The translations under genes and the position numbers were made by a program. From positions 137,496,737 through 137,560,736 of the forward strand of contig NC_052160.1 of assembly GCF_902713615.1 (NCBI RefSeq): 64,000 bases of DNA, read 5' to 3'. This stretch comes from Scyliorhinus canicula. Taxonomy: Eukaryota. Within the stretch, counting starts at the first letter, position 1. Each line of letters begins with the position of its first letter. The notes under the pieces were generated by a model. The model was given only the letters and a program-made list of their open reading frames with translations, was not told the origin of the DNA and searched no databases. Shown one piece after another: positions 61,101-64,000 of this stretch.

Positions 61101-63627
61101 TTTAGCCTGGCTGTTGAAACGCTGAAGAAGTTACACCTTGTTGAATAGGTTGTAGTTGGGTTTTTAAACAGTGAATAAATTTGTAATTCCTACCAAACTC
61201 CATCACAAGCCCTGACAAAGTAATTTTAAATTTGTGGAATATCAAATTTCTTCATTCTGGTGAAAAGAATCCACGGACGAGATTCTTCGCCCTCCCCACA
61301 GCGTATTTCTCAGCCGAGGGAGATGGCCCGTCATTGGCCAGTGGCAGGATCTTTTGTTCCCAGCGCTGTCAATGGGATTTCCCATTGAGTCTATCCCATG
61401 CCACCGGGAAACCCTTCGCGGGGGTGCGGCATCGACGGGACGGGAATATCCCACCAGCGTGAACAGCCGGAAGATCTCAACTTACATAGTTTTAAGTTTT
61501 ATAATATTTGAGCTTCTATCTAAATCCAATCACAATCATTTATCTCGCTATCTAAAAATCAAAATTCGAAGTGAAGGGATTCAGTGTTTTTAATTTCCTG
61601 CTTTGCTGCGTGTGAGAATGCTTCACTATGATTGGCTGCTTACCCTCCTTGCTGATGTCAAGACTTGGAGATCCCCTTGACTTGTTACGATATTTACCTT
61701 GCCTTTGAGCAAGGGGAAATCCGCATCGCAGAGCTTGGGAGATCTTTGTGAGCAGTTTTCTTAGAGGCCAATGGTGAATGGCATTGTTTTGCTGCTGGTC
61801 ACGAAATCTAGCCCAGTGTCCATGACGTGAAGTCACAAATTGGTACCTTTGGAGCTTGTCAATATTTAAGAACCAACAACCAATAGGCTTCTAAGTAAAT
61901 GGATGATTAACTCACCACTAAGTAGAGTCAAGTAGAATGGTTCTTTTAATTTATATTATAGTCCAAGTCCACATTGTTAACAATCCTTTGCCCAGTTGAA
62001 CAATAACTACAGAACTGAACAGTTAACTGACATTACATCAAATCCTACATCTGACTGTAGTTATGAAAAAGCAACAAGTATAGTGTCAAATACACAATCA
62101 ACCAGAGGCTGAGAATGAGCTGGGTATTCATAATTTATTATCCAGGAATCCCGAGACCGACAAAGATTCTTCATCATTGAATCTGATCACTTCAGCAGAC
62201 TGAATAAACTGGAGGATGGTGTGTAATGTTAGAGAGATGATTTTTCTGCAGCGGGAGATAATGAATTGCATTATGAACGGTTTGAAAGTAATTGCTGATT
62301 TAGGGGCAGCACGGTGGTGCAGTGGTTAGCACTGTTGCCCCTCGCCGTCGAGGACCCGGGTTCGTACCCGGCCCCGGATCACTGTCTGTGTGGAATTTAC
62401 ACATTCTCCCCGTGGCTGCGTGGGTCTCACCCCCAACAACCCAATAATGTGCAGGATAGGTGGATTGCCCGCGCTAAATTGGAAAATAAAGAGAATTGGG
62501 TACTCTAAATTTAAAACAAAAACAAAGAAACTTTGTTCCCAGATACGTAAACAAAGCTAAAGTCTGCAACTGTGCAAATCCTTTTTGTTTTATCAATCTT
62601 GAAGCAGAACTGTACACGAATTTAAAGTGATATGTTTAGAAATGTCTTGTATAATAACTTCTGACTTTTGAAGTAGGATAACTAAATTCAACATACTTAG
62701 GAATCCATAAACAATGTAGCTGATGTATTTACTGTGGTACTAATGGGACACTAACCCACAATATTTTAATTTACATTTGTAGTTGAAGAATTGTTAATTC
62801 CCAGATCCCTGTTACTTTGTCACCTGTGTAGAATTACTTTATTGCATGTTGAAATTACTGTACTCTTCTTGCAAAATGGCATTAAAACTTCACAAATACT
62901 TGATTTGACTATGTAGTTTTAGTTTGATCATCCAAAAGTACCATTCAAACCCACAACTTCCACAATCTTGAAGAATAAGGGCAACAGATGTTTGGGAAAC
63001 CTTTGCAAGTTTCCCTTTAAGCAAGGGCGGCACAGTGGTTAGCATTGCTGCCTCACGGCGCCGAGGATCCGGTTTCGATCCCGGCCCTGGGTCACTGTCC
63101 ATGTGGAGTTTGCATATTCTCTCCGTGTCTGTGTGGGTCTCACCCCCACAACCCAAAGATGCGCAGGGTAGGTGGATTGGCCACGCTAAATTGCCCCTTA
63201 ATTGGGAAAAACAATGAATTGGGTACTTAAAATTTCTTTTTTTTTTAAGTTCCCCTTCAAGCCACACACCATCCTGACTTGGAACTACATCGACGTTCCT
63301 TCACTGTGACTGGGTCAAAATTCTGAAACTCCCTCCCTAACAGCACTGTGGCTGTACCTGCACCATATGGACTGCAGCGGTTCAAGAAGGCAGCTCACCA
63401 CCACCTTCTCATTCCACAGAAAGGAAAAAGGAAGGCTTGCATTTAAATAGCACCTTTCACAACCTCCGGGCTACCACAAATGCATTACAATTAAGTATTT
63501 TGAAGTGAAGTCACTTTGTCACATGGGAAATGCACAGCCACAAGCAGAAGTGAAATCAGGCCTGATCATTTGTTTTGAAAACAGAATACTCAACAAATTA
63601 GGCAGAATCTGTCGAGGGAGCATCAGT

Positions 63628-63819
63628 GGCTGGAATTCTCCGGCCGTTGCAATTCTATTTTCCCGACGGCAGTGTGCTCCCCGCTAGCCGGAATCCTGGC
63701 AGCGTGGAGCAGCTTCAATGGGAAATCCCATTGGCAGGCGTTGGGAATCGAGAATCCCGCTGCCAGCGAAGGGCGCGCTGCTGAGAATCATGCAGCTGCG
63801 GAACCGGAGGATCTAGCCC
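63628..63819. mobile_element. Short Harbinger-type MITE, TSD AGT
   Basis: GGCTGGAATTCTCC ... GGAGGATCTAGCCC; related to the 5486, ~58640 and ~61275 copies. Confidence 0.65.
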
Positions 63820-64000
63820 AGTGTTAACATTTCAGTTTGGTGACATTTATCGGGACCTTTCAATAAACTCATGACGTTGGTTGAGGGGTAAATCTTGGCC
63901 AGTGCATTGTTCTTCAGCTCGTACTGCATTGGGATCTTTGACAAGAAGGAAAACAGGACCTCGCTCCAACTGACCAATTCAAAAGGTTAACCCTGCAACA

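Noticed and set aside
62605-62630. Acceptor followed by AELYTNLK* (YxxL)
   Set aside because: Too short to distinguish from chance; no linked exons
2547-63245. tRNA-like A/B-box sequences and regularly recurring repeats (tRNA genes or CRISPR)
   Set aside because: SINE heads followed by V-domain and tails; dispersed, with no repeat-spacer array

Overview
Vertebrate genomic DNA from a cartilaginous fish. The HE1/V-SINE, DeuSINE, CR1 and GC-rich MITE content points to a shark, probably Scyliorhinus-like (inference). Most of the window is interspersed repeat. The only convincing host genes are two tandem + strand single-Ig-V-domain receptors of the CD300/pIgR/TREM (CMRF35-like) family. Gene B (41133-57626) splices into a clean 6-exon, 253-aa type I membrane protein: leader, IgV with the family-specific C-x7-C extra disulfide, short stalk, neutral TM, and a tail with an ITIM (VTYATV) and a C-terminal ITSM-like motif (EPTEYSTV). 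Gene A (28936 to at least 32272) has a homologous IgV exon (about 42% aa identity by hand alignment), a stalk exon and a TM-position exon that stops after an 11-residue hydrophobic stretch. No leader exon was found for gene A, so it may be a decayed activating partner, a soluble decoy or a pseudogene. Also present: an interstitial telomeric array with TTAGCG variants spanning an assembly gap, a foamy/loki-like retroviral RT relic, a Harbinger Myb/SANT element with a large MITE family, a hAT MITE nested in a SINE, several solo LTRs (one nested in another), and two LTR-like elements lacking a normal TSD. All exon models and identities were derived by hand; no database searches were run. Repeat coordinates are approximate unless TSDs are quoted.
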